Shown: piece by piece, positions 8,699 to 18,545 of the stretch
How the letters are laid out: each line of letters opens with the position of its first letter
Numbering within the stretch: position 1 is the first letter of the stretch
Sequence record: ON287375.1
DNA: 64,000 nucleotides
Strand: one strand, 5' to 3'
The notes under the pieces: generated by a model
The model's database searches: none
The model's input: only the letters and a program-made list of their open reading frames with translations
What the model was told of the DNA's origin: nothing
Position numbers and translations under genes: made by a program

Positions 8699-9024
8699 TG
8701 ACTAAAGAACTAGAATTTCTAGTTCACTTTACAAAACCGCTGATCGAATCCATCCACTCCCATGTTGGGGTGGATGGTTATGTGGTTTGTATGCACAAGC
8801 TACCGAACAAAGGCTTGGATCGTAAAGAAAGACTAGAAAGACATTTCTATGATTTCCTTGATTGGAATGGTTACCAAATAGGTTATTGTTACAACATAAT
8901 CGAAGGGTTCCCGGTCCGTGTTTTAAATTCGCTTCGTATTCTTAAAGATGCTGGTTGCATTAGGGGATACGATATAGATGATAAAGGTATCATCGGTTAC
9001 TGTGAGGAAGATGAAGATGACTGA
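8698..9024 (+). CDS. Hypothetical protein
   Basis: TAATG coupling gives ATG 8698; SD GGAG. Confidence 0.7.
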   Translation: MTKELEFLVHFTKPLIESIHSHVGVDGYVVCMHKLPNKGLDRKERLERHFYDFLDWNGYQIGYCYNIIEGFPVRVLNSLRILKDAGCIRGYDIDDKGIIGYCEEDEDD

Positions 9025-10894
9025 TACAGCTAAACGTTTAATTGAAGCAATCCTGAAATTCAAATCTATTTTTACATTCCCCGATCATGGTGGTGAGAAT
9101 GTAAATCTGGAAGCCATCATCAAAAATTTTGGTTTTGTTGAAACCGGGTATTTACAAAATAGTGGTTCTTTAAAATGTGATTACGGTTATCTTATAACCC
9201 TGATTGATAATGCGATCAAGTCCCGTAATGGTTCAATCTTAATTGACATTATTAAAGAAGCCGGTAAGAATGTCAATATATCCCCGCAATACTTAATGGA
9301 GCAGTTCGATGAGCTATTCTCAGATGCGGGACTTCAGTTATTCGAATCAGAAGGTAAACTGTTTGACGTCCCTAGTAAATATCGTACTGGCGAAGGTTGT
9401 TCTTCAGGTGAAGAAGCCATAGAGAAAGCAGTCGGGTGTCTCAAAGATATTCAACTCGGTACTATGACATATGGAACACTCAAACGTAAAGCTAAAATAG
9501 TTTACAATATTTTCCATGTATATGCTCATCTTCAGACTGAAATCCTGACTAAAGCCTTTACCCCATTATGGGTGAATAACTTCAGAGGTAAAGATTTCTC
9601 TACCTTTAAAGAAGCTATCGATAATGCTATTGATGGTATCAGAATACTGGCAGCAGAAACTAAATATGCTCGTGAAGAATCACCGTATATTTATTTCCAA
9701 GGCACTGCTCATCTCACTGGGCCTTGCGCGGTACACTCATCTACTGATCCAGATGAGGAGATCGAGTTACTGAAAACTATTATGCTCGATACTTCGATCA
9801 AAGGAAACGAAGCTTTTACAAAAGCGATTACCTTTATTCATCGTAGTATCTTCCAGAAGGAAATATATACATTCCTTACTGGTGAGTTTGAAGAGAATGA
9901 AACGCACTGGACTGTTGATGCACGTCAACGTTCAGACTTTGTTCATAACTTAGTCGGACGTTATATGGAACAGCACCGTAAACCATACCCGCCTGAGGTT
10001 GAACCAAAGCCACTGACCTCCCGATACAATATGCAAGATCGCGATCTTAAACCAACTCAATCTAAGGAAGAAACCATGTCTACTCAACAAGAAATTTTCA
10101 AAATCCTGTCCGGTACTAGTAGTCTGAAAGAAATCATTGAATTCCTGAAAAACGCTAAATCGGAAGACATTACCCAAGTACAGAAAGTTTGTGGTGATGA
10201 TGTTAGTATCCAATCTGGACTGATTCATTCCATGATGGAACGTTATTTCGGCAAAGGCGATTTTGCTGAAGGTCTGGTCGAACGTCTCAAACAAGCTTCT
10301 CAACCAGGGACCCCTAAAATCCAGATCTCTGGACCTGATGGTGATATGTTATCCCAACTGAAAGAAATGTTTGGTGATGATTGTGTTATTGTTCCTATTT
10401 CTCAGGGCGATAATATTTCAGAAGTTCTCGCTAATGTGATGAAGGAACAACAACCTCAGGTAAAAACCGAGGTCAAATCTGATGAAGTTGAAGCGCGTCG
10501 CGCCAAGTGGGGAAAAGCTTTGGGTGTTACCGATCCAGAGATTCTCGATCTTCTAACGGAAGCTGTTATCAAAGACATTAATAAAGAATCGACCAAGGTG
10601 ATTAAAACACCAATCAAACATTCACGTCATATGTCTTTCAATGTTCTTAATAGTAATCGTGAACCTGAAGTTCGGTATACCGGAGTATGGGATGAATCAG
10701 TATCCCAATTGGTAGTGTGTTTCCAAACTTTAGACCATAAACATCCTAAGCACGCCTTTACTGCCAAATTCCAATCATTCAGTGATGCCGCTACTGCATT
10801 CACTGAAATCTCTAAAGGTGTCGGCGTAATGCCAGTCATGGATGTTATCGAATTTGCAGTTGGTGCGCTTAACGGTGAGATCTTATCTCGCTAA
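9017..10894 (+). CDS. Large hypothetical multidomain protein (~625 aa)
   Basis: Long ORF; start moved to ATG 9017 (SD GAGGA); no motif recognised. Confidence 0.8.
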   Translation: MTDTAKRLIEAILKFKSIFTFPDHGGENVNLEAIIKNFGFVETGYLQNSGSLKCDYGYLITLIDNAIKSRNGSILIDIIKEAGKNVNISPQYLMEQFDELFSDAGLQLFESEGKLFDVPSKYRTGEGCSSGEEAIEKAVGCLKDIQLGTMTYGTLKRKAKIVYNIFHVYAHLQTEILTKAFTPLWVNNFRGKDFSTFKEAIDNAIDGIRILAAETKYAREESPYIYFQGTAHLTGPCAVHSSTDPDEEIELLKTIMLDTSIKGNEAFTKAITFIHRSIFQKEIYTFLTGEFEENETHWTVDARQRSDFVHNLVGRYMEQHRKPYPPEVEPKPLTSRYNMQDRDLKPTQSKEETMSTQQEIFKILSGTSSLKEIIEFLKNAKSEDITQVQKVCGDDVSIQSGLIHSMMERYFGKGDFAEGLVERLKQASQPGTPKIQISGPDGDMLSQLKEMFGDDCVIVPISQGDNISEVLANVMKEQQPQVKTEVKSDEVEARRAKWGKALGVTDPEILDLLTEAVIKDINKESTKVIKTPIKHSRHMSFNVLNSNREPEVRYTGVWDESVSQLVVCFQTLDHKHPKHAFTAKFQSFSDAATAFTEISKGVGVMPVMDVIEFAVGALNGEILSR

Positions 10895-10912
10895 TTAAAA
10901 TAAGTAATAATA

Positions 10913-10940
10913 CTCTAGGTACCCAATTGGGTACCTAGAG
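10913..10940. repeat. Perfect 28-bp palindrome (terminator-like or protein-binding site)
   Basis: CTCTAGGTACCCAATTGGGTACCTAGAG is its own reverse complement. Confidence 0.85.
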
Positions 10941-10979
10941 GTTACACTTCAATGTTATTTTTTTGGGAAGGGTATAAAA

Positions 10980-11005
10980 TTTCAAACAAATATTATCACC
11001 ATGTA
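10980..11005 (+). promoter_or_regulatory. Putative phage early promoter
   Basis: TTTCAAACAAATATTATCACCATGT, same motif family. Confidence 0.65.
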
Positions 11006-11025
11006 TAAAGTGGAGATTTGAATTT

Positions 11026-11466
11026 ATGAGTGTAGATATTGAACCAGTAGTGGATCAAGTATGTGGGGGTGTGAATGTAATCATGCAATCCATCAGGGAT
11101 AAGATATCTGATCAATTCTTAAACCCATGTGCTTATCTAAATACATCTATTAAAAATCTTTACATGGTCATTGGTAAAATGCAGATCAATGAACCTGGGC
11201 TATTAGCCTATTTTACAATAGGTTTCCAAACTCCCAAGCATAAACATGTGACGGATGTGATGGAAGTAGCTTATACAAGTACAGGGATTTTCTATAGATT
11301 CGGTGGGGTTAGTATTCACACTGTAAATATGGATACTAATGAAAGCATGTCCACTCAAGAGCAAGTGAACTGGATTAAAATAATCGTTCAGTCTAATGCT
11401 GAATTATTAACAGTTCTAAAAGCTAATGAGGAATTAAATAATGGGAATAAGAAAAACAGTAAATGA
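11026..11466 (+). CDS. Hypothetical early protein
   Basis: SD GGAG; directly downstream of the promoter motif. Confidence 0.8.
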   Translation: MSVDIEPVVDQVCGGVNVIMQSIRDKISDQFLNPCAYLNTSIKNLYMVIGKMQINEPGLLAYFTIGFQTPKHKHVTDVMEVAYTSTGIFYRFGGVSIHTVNMDTNESMSTQEQVNWIKIIVQSNAELLTVLKANEELNNGNKKNSK

Positions 11467-11818
11467 GATTCTGGAGGACGCAGCATTTCTAAGACAACCA
11501 AAAGCTTATAAAGATGTGTACTTTATAAAGGTACTTAACCCTGGAGATCGTAAAAGTATCTTTGTAAGTTTCAGGTACAAAATAGCTTCTGATATATGTT
11601 TGATCTGCCGTACTGAAATCAATCTGGAATATCCAGAAAAGAACACAAGTATCGCAATCAGCATACTGAAGATAAGAGAACGTGAATCATTCACCTTCTT
11701 CCGCAAACGTCAAGCAATTGTCGGACGATCTATTATCGAGATTCTCCAGAAAACAGTTGCCCCGTTATTAATAGATAAAATCACTAAAGTAAAGGAAATG
11801 AATAATGTCAATCGATAA
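11441..11818 (+). CDS. Hypothetical protein
   Basis: SD GAGGA; 125 aa. Confidence 0.75.
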   Translation: MGIRKTVNEILEDAAFLRQPKAYKDVYFIKVLNPGDRKSIFVSFRYKIASDICLICRTEINLEYPEKNTSIAISILKIRERESFTFFRKRQAIVGRSIIEILQKTVAPLLIDKITKVKEMNNVNR

Positions 11819-12209
11819 AAGCACTTCTGCAGTAAAAGTATTCGCTACCCGTAAGCTGGTAGAGATCATGGAAGAGATCAAAGGTAAACAGATCCCAAAC
11901 ATGTGGAAGTTTGAAGACACAGTCGGCTTCAGTATCAACATTACCGAAGGTGACCTGAACTTTACCGTACAAGCTGCCGCAGCTCCTGTGCAAGAAGCGG
12001 GTGCTGGTAACTTCCTGATTCGCATTCAATCTACCTTTACTGGCAAAGCGGTCATGAAACAAGGTTATCATTTCCCAGCAACACCAGTTGGTCAAATGGT
12101 AGTCATGGACTTCCCGCTGTATGCTGAAGATGAACAAGAACTTACTGATGGTATTGCTCAGATCATCCAAGATGAAGCTGAGAACATTCTGTGTCAGATA
12201 CTGCAATAA
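11805..12209 (+). CDS. Hypothetical protein
   Basis: SD AAGGA; optimised codon usage suggests high expression. Confidence 0.8.
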   Translation: MSIDKSTSAVKVFATRKLVEIMEEIKGKQIPNMWKFEDTVGFSINITEGDLNFTVQAAAAPVQEAGAGNFLIRIQSTFTGKAVMKQGYHFPATPVGQMVVMDFPLYAEDEQELTDGIAQIIQDEAENILCQILQ

Positions 12210-12274
12210 GTTCGCAGGACACGTTGTAAGCAATTGTTTTAAGTAATACTACTGTTTGTATCATGTAGGTAGAA

Positions 12275-12304
12275 AAGTCTCTTAGATTTCGATCTGTGAG
12301 ACTT
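12275..12304 (+). promoter_or_regulatory. UUCG-tetraloop hairpin in the phuZ leader
   Basis: AAGTCTC-tt-AGAT-TTCG-ATCT-gt-GAGACTT; no U tract; 47 nt before the phuZ ATG. Confidence 0.55.
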
Positions 12305-12351
12305 AATCTCCATCTGACAAAAACCAATCTCATTTAAAGGAAAGTAAAATC

Positions 12352-13302
12352 ATGTCTAAAGACTTTAACCTCTATCATTTCGGTGGCACTGGTATCAACA
12401 TTCTGAACCGTTATCTTTCAGAAGGTAAGAACAGTCGTTTCATCGATCAGGTAGTTGCCCTGGATACTTCTGAAGCAAACCCAGTAGTTGACGGAATGTA
12501 TCCACTAGAACGTCTGGAAGGTGTTGAAGGTTCTGGTGGTGATCGTCGTGCTCATGCTGATAAGTATGCCGACTTTGTTAAACAAGTGTTTGCTAAATAC
12601 AAACCAAACAAAATCAACATCCTGACTTATTCACTGTCTGGCGGTACTGGTGCTTCAATGGGTCCTTATGCTCTGCGCTATCTGCTGCAGAAAAAGATCC
12701 CAGTACTAGTTATCTGTATTGGTGACAAGTCTACCTTCAATGAAGAGAAGAACACCGTTGAAGCTCTGGGCTCGATGTACAACCAGATCAAAACTGGTTC
12801 TCCAGTTCTGTTCAACTACATTGAAAACAGCGCAACTGTTTCTCAGGGTCAGGTTAACCAACGTGCAGTTGGTGAAATTGATAATGCATTGATGATGTTC
12901 AACATGGAAAACGAACGCATCGATTATGCAGACATCAAGAACTTCTTCTTCTTTACTGATGTGACACAAGCTGATCCAATCATGAGTCAGGTGACTTTCC
13001 TGGCTGAAGGTGATATCGGTCGCTATGATCGTAAACCGGTTGCGGCTATCAGCCTGTATAACAACATTGACGAAATCCGTGCACCATTCGAAAACATGTT
13101 GTATCGTAAGTCAGGTCTGTTCGGCGAATCGTTCTCTGGTATGTCTGTTCCTGTACACGCAGTACTGGATCATGGTGATACCATTCAGTCACTGAAAACC
13201 CTGATCGAAAATAAAGAAACCAAGAACAATGAACTGGCCGGTCAATTCCGTAATAAAGAAGTTGACCTGTTCGGTAGTTCTGACGATGACGGTATGATGT
13301 AA
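12352..13302 (+). CDS. phuZ: Phage tubulin PhuZ (spindle protein)
   Basis: FGGTGINI nucleotide loop, tubulin signature SLSGGTGASMG, acidic C-terminal tail DLFGSSDDDGMM; jumbo-phage context. Confidence 0.95.
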   Translation: MSKDFNLYHFGGTGINILNRYLSEGKNSRFIDQVVALDTSEANPVVDGMYPLERLEGVEGSGGDRRAHADKYADFVKQVFAKYKPNKINILTYSLSGGTGASMGPYALRYLLQKKIPVLVICIGDKSTFNEEKNTVEALGSMYNQIKTGSPVLFNYIENSATVSQGQVNQRAVGEIDNALMMFNMENERIDYADIKNFFFFTDVTQADPIMSQVTFLAEGDIGRYDRKPVAAISLYNNIDEIRAPFENMLYRKSGLFGESFSGMSVPVHAVLDHGDTIQSLKTLIENKETKNNELAGQFRNKEVDLFGSSDDDGMM

Positions 13303-13311
13303 TAACTGGAG

Positions 13312-13336
13312 GCCCTGGCATGTCCAGGGCTTTTTA
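13312..13336 (+). terminator. Rho-independent terminator after phuZ
   Basis: GCCCTGG-catgt-CCAGGGC-TTTTT. Confidence 0.85.
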
Positions 13337-13344
13337 TATTGCCT

Positions 13345-13632
13345 ATGAAGATCTTATTTAATTTAGCAAATCAACGCGGAGCATTGTCTCAAATATCTAA
13401 AAATGATGTTGGGACGGCACATGCTATTTTATCCAGAATCTGTTTAGATCAAGGACTCCCAGTAGATCATCACCACTTTGATGCTAATCTCTCTTTAGAA
13501 CACGCCATTGTGTTTGAGAACGTAAAGGCTTATGCTGAAGAGAAATTGTTGTTCATCCCCACTCCAGATGTCGCGGTCTTATCTGACCTCGGTAATCTTC
13601 AATTCCAACTCACTTTACATAATCGGGAATAA
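13345..13632 (+). CDS. Hypothetical protein of the phuZ-DNA polymerase block
   Basis: Packed operon; ATG 13345 preferred over TTG 13339. Confidence 0.7.
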   Translation: MKILFNLANQRGALSQISKNDVGTAHAILSRICLDQGLPVDHHHFDANLSLEHAIVFENVKAYAEEKLLFIPTPDVAVLSDLGNLQFQLTLHNRE

Positions 13633-13635
13633 GTC

Positions 13636-14109
13636 ATGTTTAACATCGATAGGCCATCACTAATAACGGCTATCGCAATATCCCTCGAACCCAATCTACG
13701 CAATGTAGAAGATAAACAGCCAGAATACATTAAGTACTTCCATGTTGTACTTGATATGGCTTTGGGTGTTATGAATAGTAAGATCCGTAACATCGATGAT
13801 GCAATTGATGAGCAGTATTCACTTTATCCTGATGATAAGAACTTGCCATGGTTGGCAGAAACAGTTCGTCAGTTGGTTGTGGATATTAAAACTCAGTTCA
13901 TTCAAGCTGGGTTCGATAATCGACTGAAATACAAAATCGTGACTCGCCCAATCGGTCTTCATAAACTCTATGGTATTGGGATGGATTTGGAAGCAACAAT
14001 GGCATCTATGATGTCTAGCTTACCAGACGGAACTGAAGAAGTCGAAGAAACACTGATGGTATCAGAGAACCCAACTTATGAGCAACTTGAAGCAGCCTAC
14101 AACTGGTGA
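13636..14109 (+). CDS. Hypothetical protein of the phuZ-DNA polymerase block
   Basis: 157 aa; packed operon, syntenic with the phiKZ gp40s. Confidence 0.75.
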   Translation: MFNIDRPSLITAIAISLEPNLRNVEDKQPEYIKYFHVVLDMALGVMNSKIRNIDDAIDEQYSLYPDDKNLPWLAETVRQLVVDIKTQFIQAGFDNRLKYKIVTRPIGLHKLYGIGMDLEATMASMMSSLPDGTEEVEETLMVSENPTYEQLEAAYNW

Positions 14110-14647
14110 GTTTATTCTAGTAGGGAGATTCGATATTGAAGTTGAATCTTACCTTGAGTCTAAGCAGCACCTGGCCTCTACTTTAATAAAGGAAGAGGAT
14201 AAGCCAGCTTTAGTTGATGCACTTCGTATTTGGTTAGTTAAAAATGTGGGGTGCTTTAATATCGTTGGCGGTTATCATCCGGTAGTTAACCTGAATCTTT
14301 GGTTTGACCACGATGCACTTACGGAAGAGTTCGATGAACTTTTATTATCATTCCGTGATTGGTTGAATATGATCTATGCTCTGGATACCAAGAAAGTTTA
14401 TAACTTGTTACGTTATATCAGACCTGACACGTTTATCCTTTTCGATGGTGATATCCCAGCAGATTTGATCCCTCCTCCAATCGAAGAACCTATTGATCAT
14501 GAAGTCCAAGAGGTCATCGGTTTCATTGAAGAATTTGAACAAAGACTGAATGAAAAGTTAAGTTCAAACTTTGATGTTGAATGGTTTATAAAAGACACAT
14601 TCCCTAAAACTGAACTTCCCAAAATGTTGGAGAAGTACTTTATATAA
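14078..14647 (+). CDS. Hypothetical protein
   Basis: 189 aa acidic ORF; exact start uncertain. Confidence 0.7.
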   Translation: MSNLKQPTTGEFILVGRFDIEVESYLESKQHLASTLIKEEDKPALVDALRIWLVKNVGCFNIVGGYHPVVNLNLWFDHDALTEEFDELLLSFRDWLNMIYALDTKKVYNLLRYIRPDTFILFDGDIPADLIPPPIEEPIDHEVQEVIGFIEEFEQRLNEKLSSNFDVEWFIKDTFPKTELPKMLEKYFI

Positions 14648-14655
14648 GGAGTCCT

Positions 14656-14958
14656 ATGGTTAGGATGTTATCGGTTAACATCTATCCACTTCTTCGAATA
14701 GTAAAACGATATAATCTAGACCAGGACCTCTTCTTTAGAATAATTCTGAATTTCCTCTCGCATCGTCGGGAGGAAATTCTTAATGTTCAATTGTCCAAAT
14801 GGTTTAGTTCATTTGAGATCTCATTAAAAAGTGAGATGAAGCCTATTATATACGAACTCTTAAGTGAGTTAGACTATTCGGATAATGTGGAAGATTATTT
14901 CATCTTAAATGGTCGGTTCTATATTAAGGAAAACCCAGATGCAACAGAACCTGAATGA
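14656..14958 (+). CDS. Hypothetical protein
   Basis: SD AAGGAG. Confidence 0.75.
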   Translation: MVRMLSVNIYPLLRIVKRYNLDQDLFFRIILNFLSHRREEILNVQLSKWFSSFEISLKSEMKPIIYELLSELDYSDNVEDYFILNGRFYIKENPDATEPE

Positions 14959-15256
14959 ACAGCCTTTGGCAATGTTCTCGCACACCATGACTTTCCCTGG
15001 CGTGCCATTGGAGAACTTGGTATCGTCGATAGCTTTATTATTATCTGCGTACGGTGTTAAACACCAACTACCAACTTCACCGACTTTCACAACTGAAGGT
15101 CTCACCAGTGGCGATAATAATCGTGATCAGCGATTCGTAACTGAATATATGCAGTTTAAGCTGATGCTGGAAGATTTATCCCGTCAATATACAACTGTCC
15201 AGTGTACCGCACAATCTAACGGAGCATCGGTATACTTGAGGTTCAGTTGTTACTAG
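14939..15256 (+). CDS. Hypothetical protein
   Basis: Start moved to ATG 14939 (SD AAGGA). Confidence 0.7.
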   Translation: MQQNLNEQPLAMFSHTMTFPGVPLENLVSSIALLLSAYGVKHQLPTSPTFTTEGLTSGDNNRDQRFVTEYMQFKLMLEDLSRQYTTVQCTAQSNGASVYLRFSCY

Positions 15257-15265
15257 GAGAGCGTA

Positions 15266-15880
15266 ATGTACGTTCATGTAAACAACTTCGATTATGATGA
15301 ATTGCTTAATGGTCTCGTTAAGCATTATCATCTTGACGATGTACCGCTGACTGATGAGATTGTAAGTAAGATCTTTGAAAGCATCAGTGAAAAATATAAA
15401 TTAAACAAACGCAACACTATGTCTGAACTGGAAATCAGTTTGGTGGAAGAATTCTTCCGAGTGGTGAGTTTGTGGTCTGATTTCATGCCTGGTGATGATA
15501 CTGAAACCTTCCTTGAAAGTAAAGGAATGGAAATCAGTGAATCCCTGGCTTTGATTGAAGAAGTGTTCCTGGCCGGTGTCGGCGAAGAAGATGAACTTAA
15601 CCGTTTGTTTGAAATCGCAACTAAGTTTGATGGTTATGATTTCACCGATGAAGAATCCATTGGTGAGTTCAGTGCTAACCTTTCCAATTTAATCGACTCC
15701 TATAACAACATGCAGTGGACGGATGCGGAACTGTTTATTCTTGGTCATATTGACCGAGCATTAATGGATCTTGAAATTCTGACTGATGTTGAAGTAGTTC
15801 CAGTTGCTGGTAAAGTAGTCAAGTATGGGGATACTTTGATAACCTTCCCTATTATCTTGATAAAGGTTTCTAACCCATGA
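15266..15880 (+). CDS. Highly acidic hypothetical protein
   Basis: SD AGGAG; Asp/Glu-rich sequence. Confidence 0.8.
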   Translation: MYVHVNNFDYDELLNGLVKHYHLDDVPLTDEIVSKIFESISEKYKLNKRNTMSELEISLVEEFFRVVSLWSDFMPGDDTETFLESKGMEISESLALIEEVFLAGVGEEDELNRLFEIATKFDGYDFTDEESIGEFSANLSNLIDSYNNMQWTDAELFILGHIDRALMDLEILTDVEVVPVAGKVVKYGDTLITFPIILIKVSNP

Positions 15881-16308
15881 GCGATTTGAACACTCTTCAG
15901 AAAAACGACATCATTAACTTCGATATGATTCGACCTGGTATTTTTGGCGCTCAGTATAAGAGCGCTTTAATTACTGGTATTGTCGATTATAATACAGCCC
16001 GCATTATCGATCCCGATGTGTATGCTAAACACCAGGCATTCTATCCATTCTTCAAAGATTCGGTAGATAACGTAAACAACCCGGAAATTTATAACTATCT
16101 CATTCTGCAATTGGACCCAACCAAAGCTGAACGTATTGTTATCGGTTTCCCATGGATTGACAAAGATTCACTGAAAACAATCCAGTCCCGTTATGCAACG
16201 GTAATCATTCAGAACTTCCAGGAATATCAACGTGCACCATTAGTTGATTTCTTAGAAGGCATGAATGTGACGTACACCCTGGTTATCGAAGATACTAATA
16301 AGAAATAA
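15877..16308 (+). CDS. Conserved hypothetical protein upstream of the DNA polymerase (phiKZ gp49-like position)
   Basis: ATGA overlap; synteny. Confidence 0.75.
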   Translation: MSDLNTLQKNDIINFDMIRPGIFGAQYKSALITGIVDYNTARIIDPDVYAKHQAFYPFFKDSVDNVNNPEIYNYLILQLDPTKAERIVIGFPWIDKDSLKTIQSRYATVIIQNFQEYQRAPLVDFLEGMNVTYTLVIEDTNKK

Positions 16309-16314
16309 TTATCA

Positions 16315-16350
16315 GATTACTGAGCTTACCATAAGGTAGGCTCGGTAATC
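16315..16350 (+). terminator. Stem-loop/terminator
   Basis: GATTACTGAGCTTACC-ataa-GGTAGGCTCGGTAATC, with a poly-T tract shortly after. Confidence 0.7.
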
Positions 16351-16398
16351 TATTTACCCAATACTTTTTTTTTCTTTCTCTAAATGAGGGAATTGAAT

Positions 16399-18477
16399 AT
16401 GTCATCTGCTGGACCATTCCTCTCAGAAGAATATACCAGTGATCGCAACATTTTAAAACATGCGGTTAATCAATACGCTTTAGTTGTAAGTCGAGTACGC
16501 GGTGAGGATGAAGATACTGTACGTCAGAACCTGATGAAGTATTTTAAATCTAACCAGGAAAAGTTCCGCTCTCGTCGTGCAAAAGTTATTATCAAAAATA
16601 AGAACGAAGATCGTGAGTTGAAAGTTATTCCTCTGTCTTCTGTCTTTAAACATGTTCAGGCTAATAACTATCACTTTAGTCCATCAATGGTTGCATACAC
16701 CAACTCAGATAAAGAAGAGTGTGTTAACTCAATTGGGACACGTCTGTTCATTGATAACCGTTCTTACTATAAAGGACTGCGTCAGAAAGCTAAAGCTGAT
16801 AACGATCCAGATCTCTATGGTAAGTACCACGAATTACAAAACGCCTTTAAGATCTTTAACAACGCCCAATCTGGCGCTATGAGTTCCGAAGGTACACCAA
16901 TTAACAACAAGACTGGTCATACTTCATTGACTTCCACTTGTCGTTGCTTGACCTCCACAGCTAACCTTATTAATGAACAGTTCATTGCCGGTAACCGTTT
17001 CTATAATACACCAGAGAACACATTACAGGCAATTGTAGCTCGACTTAAGGTAACTGACTATAAAGCACTGGAAGATGTAATGGAGAAATATAAACTCCAT
17101 TATGCGACTGTTGATGATGTAATGGGTCAAGTAGAGTACTGCTCTCGTCGTTATTGGGAATCAGCCCGTCACACCAGAATCATCCGTGACTTTGTTGAGA
17201 AGTTAAGTGGTTTAGAGCGTTCATCTATTCTGTACACCATGGATTTGGTTCAGTTGTTTAACCATAACCGTGAAGTCGTTTCAGAGTTCTTTGATCGTTG
17301 GGTCGCAATGAATGATCCAGAAGAAGGGAAAACTGCTGATGATTACTTAGCCCCAGACAACGGGGATAAGTGGACATTGTGCATTTCCAAACTTCCAAAT
17401 AAACCACCTAAGGTCGCAGTTAACGCACTGAATGAATCTCATATGAAGGTTGAAACTGAATATGCTGATTTCATGCGTCAATTCTTCCATTCACCAATTC
17501 CACCATCTGGTTTATTTGATGTTGTATCTGCTGTACGTGACTGTGTACTGACTTCTGACACTGACTCCTCGATTTATACCGTGGATGAAATGATCGAAGC
17601 TTATACTCATGACCGTGATAAGGGTGTTAAACTTAACGCAGTACTGACTTACTTCATCCGCATGATTTCTGTTGACCAACACCAACAATTGTCGGCTAAC
17701 CTAAACGTAACCAAGAAAAACTTGCGTATGTTGGGTATGAAGAATGAATACTACTTCGGTGCTTACGTTACTACTTTGATGTCTAAACACTATTATGCCA
17801 GCCAGCTTATGGTTGAAGGTGTTATGAACCATGAACCAGAAATGGAAATCAAAGGGGTTCACCTTAAGTCTTCTAAGATCGCATCGAACATCAAAGACTT
17901 CGCCCAGAAGTTAATGAATGATACTTTAGTCGCTATCGAGAAGAAACAGAAGTTGAATGCAGCAGAAACACTGAAAGAGATTGGGGACCTGGAACGCACA
18001 ATCATTGATGATATTCACGCAGGTGACTGGAAGTGGTTATCTCGTCAAGGTGTTAAATCTGCCGCAGCTTATTCTAAGCCTATGGCATCAGTATACTTCT
18101 ACCATGAACTGTGGGAAAATGTATTCAGCGATAAATATGGTCCAGCTCCAGAGCTTCCATATATCGGTGTTAAGATGTCAGTTGACTTAGGTAGTAAAAC
18201 CAAGGTTAAAGAGTTTATTGAAAAGATCGAAGATCGTGAACTGGCCGATAAGCTTGAGAAGTTTATGGAGAAGACAGGTCGTACTGATTTAGGTAACCTA
18301 GTTGTACCCATGGAACGTCTTCAGTACATGGCGGATATCCCTACGGAAATCAAGCAATGTATCGATTATCGTACCGTTATCAAACAGAACCTTAAATGTG
18401 TTTATGAGGTTCTTAACTCAACTGGTTTGTACTTCATGAATGACTCCATAACTCGTTTAGTATCCGACGAACACTAA
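16399..18477 (+). CDS. Split family-B DNA polymerase, catalytic subunit (phiKZ gp50-like)
   Basis: Motif B KIFNNAQSG, motif C TSDTDS, KNEY and KGVH motifs; start moved to ATG 16399 (SD GAGGG). Confidence 0.9.
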   Translation: MSSAGPFLSEEYTSDRNILKHAVNQYALVVSRVRGEDEDTVRQNLMKYFKSNQEKFRSRRAKVIIKNKNEDRELKVIPLSSVFKHVQANNYHFSPSMVAYTNSDKEECVNSIGTRLFIDNRSYYKGLRQKAKADNDPDLYGKYHELQNAFKIFNNAQSGAMSSEGTPINNKTGHTSLTSTCRCLTSTANLINEQFIAGNRFYNTPENTLQAIVARLKVTDYKALEDVMEKYKLHYATVDDVMGQVEYCSRRYWESARHTRIIRDFVEKLSGLERSSILYTMDLVQLFNHNREVVSEFFDRWVAMNDPEEGKTADDYLAPDNGDKWTLCISKLPNKPPKVAVNALNESHMKVETEYADFMRQFFHSPIPPSGLFDVVSAVRDCVLTSDTDSSIYTVDEMIEAYTHDRDKGVKLNAVLTYFIRMISVDQHQQLSANLNVTKKNLRMLGMKNEYYFGAYVTTLMSKHYYASQLMVEGVMNHEPEMEIKGVHLKSSKIASNIKDFAQKLMNDTLVAIEKKQKLNAAETLKEIGDLERTIIDDIHAGDWKWLSRQGVKSAAAYSKPMASVYFYHELWENVFSDKYGPAPELPYIGVKMSVDLGSKTKVKEFIEKIEDRELADKLEKFMEKTGRTDLGNLVVPMERLQYMADIPTEIKQCIDYRTVIKQNLKCVYEVLNSTGLYFMNDSITRLVSDEH

Positions 18478-18499
18478 TCAATTCTATGTAAAACTATTG

Positions 18500-18529
18500 A
18501 ACCCTACCTCGCACTAAGCGGGTAGGGTT
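18500..18529. terminator. Bidirectional terminator between convergent genes
   Basis: AACCCTACC...GGTAGGGTT. Confidence 0.75.
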
Positions 18530-18545
18530 CGTGATAGATATATAT

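Noticed and set aside
16365-16374. Homopolymer T runs (also near 24226, 25535, 51188) as phase-variation sites
   Set aside because: All are intergenic and next to terminators; none interrupts a reading frame
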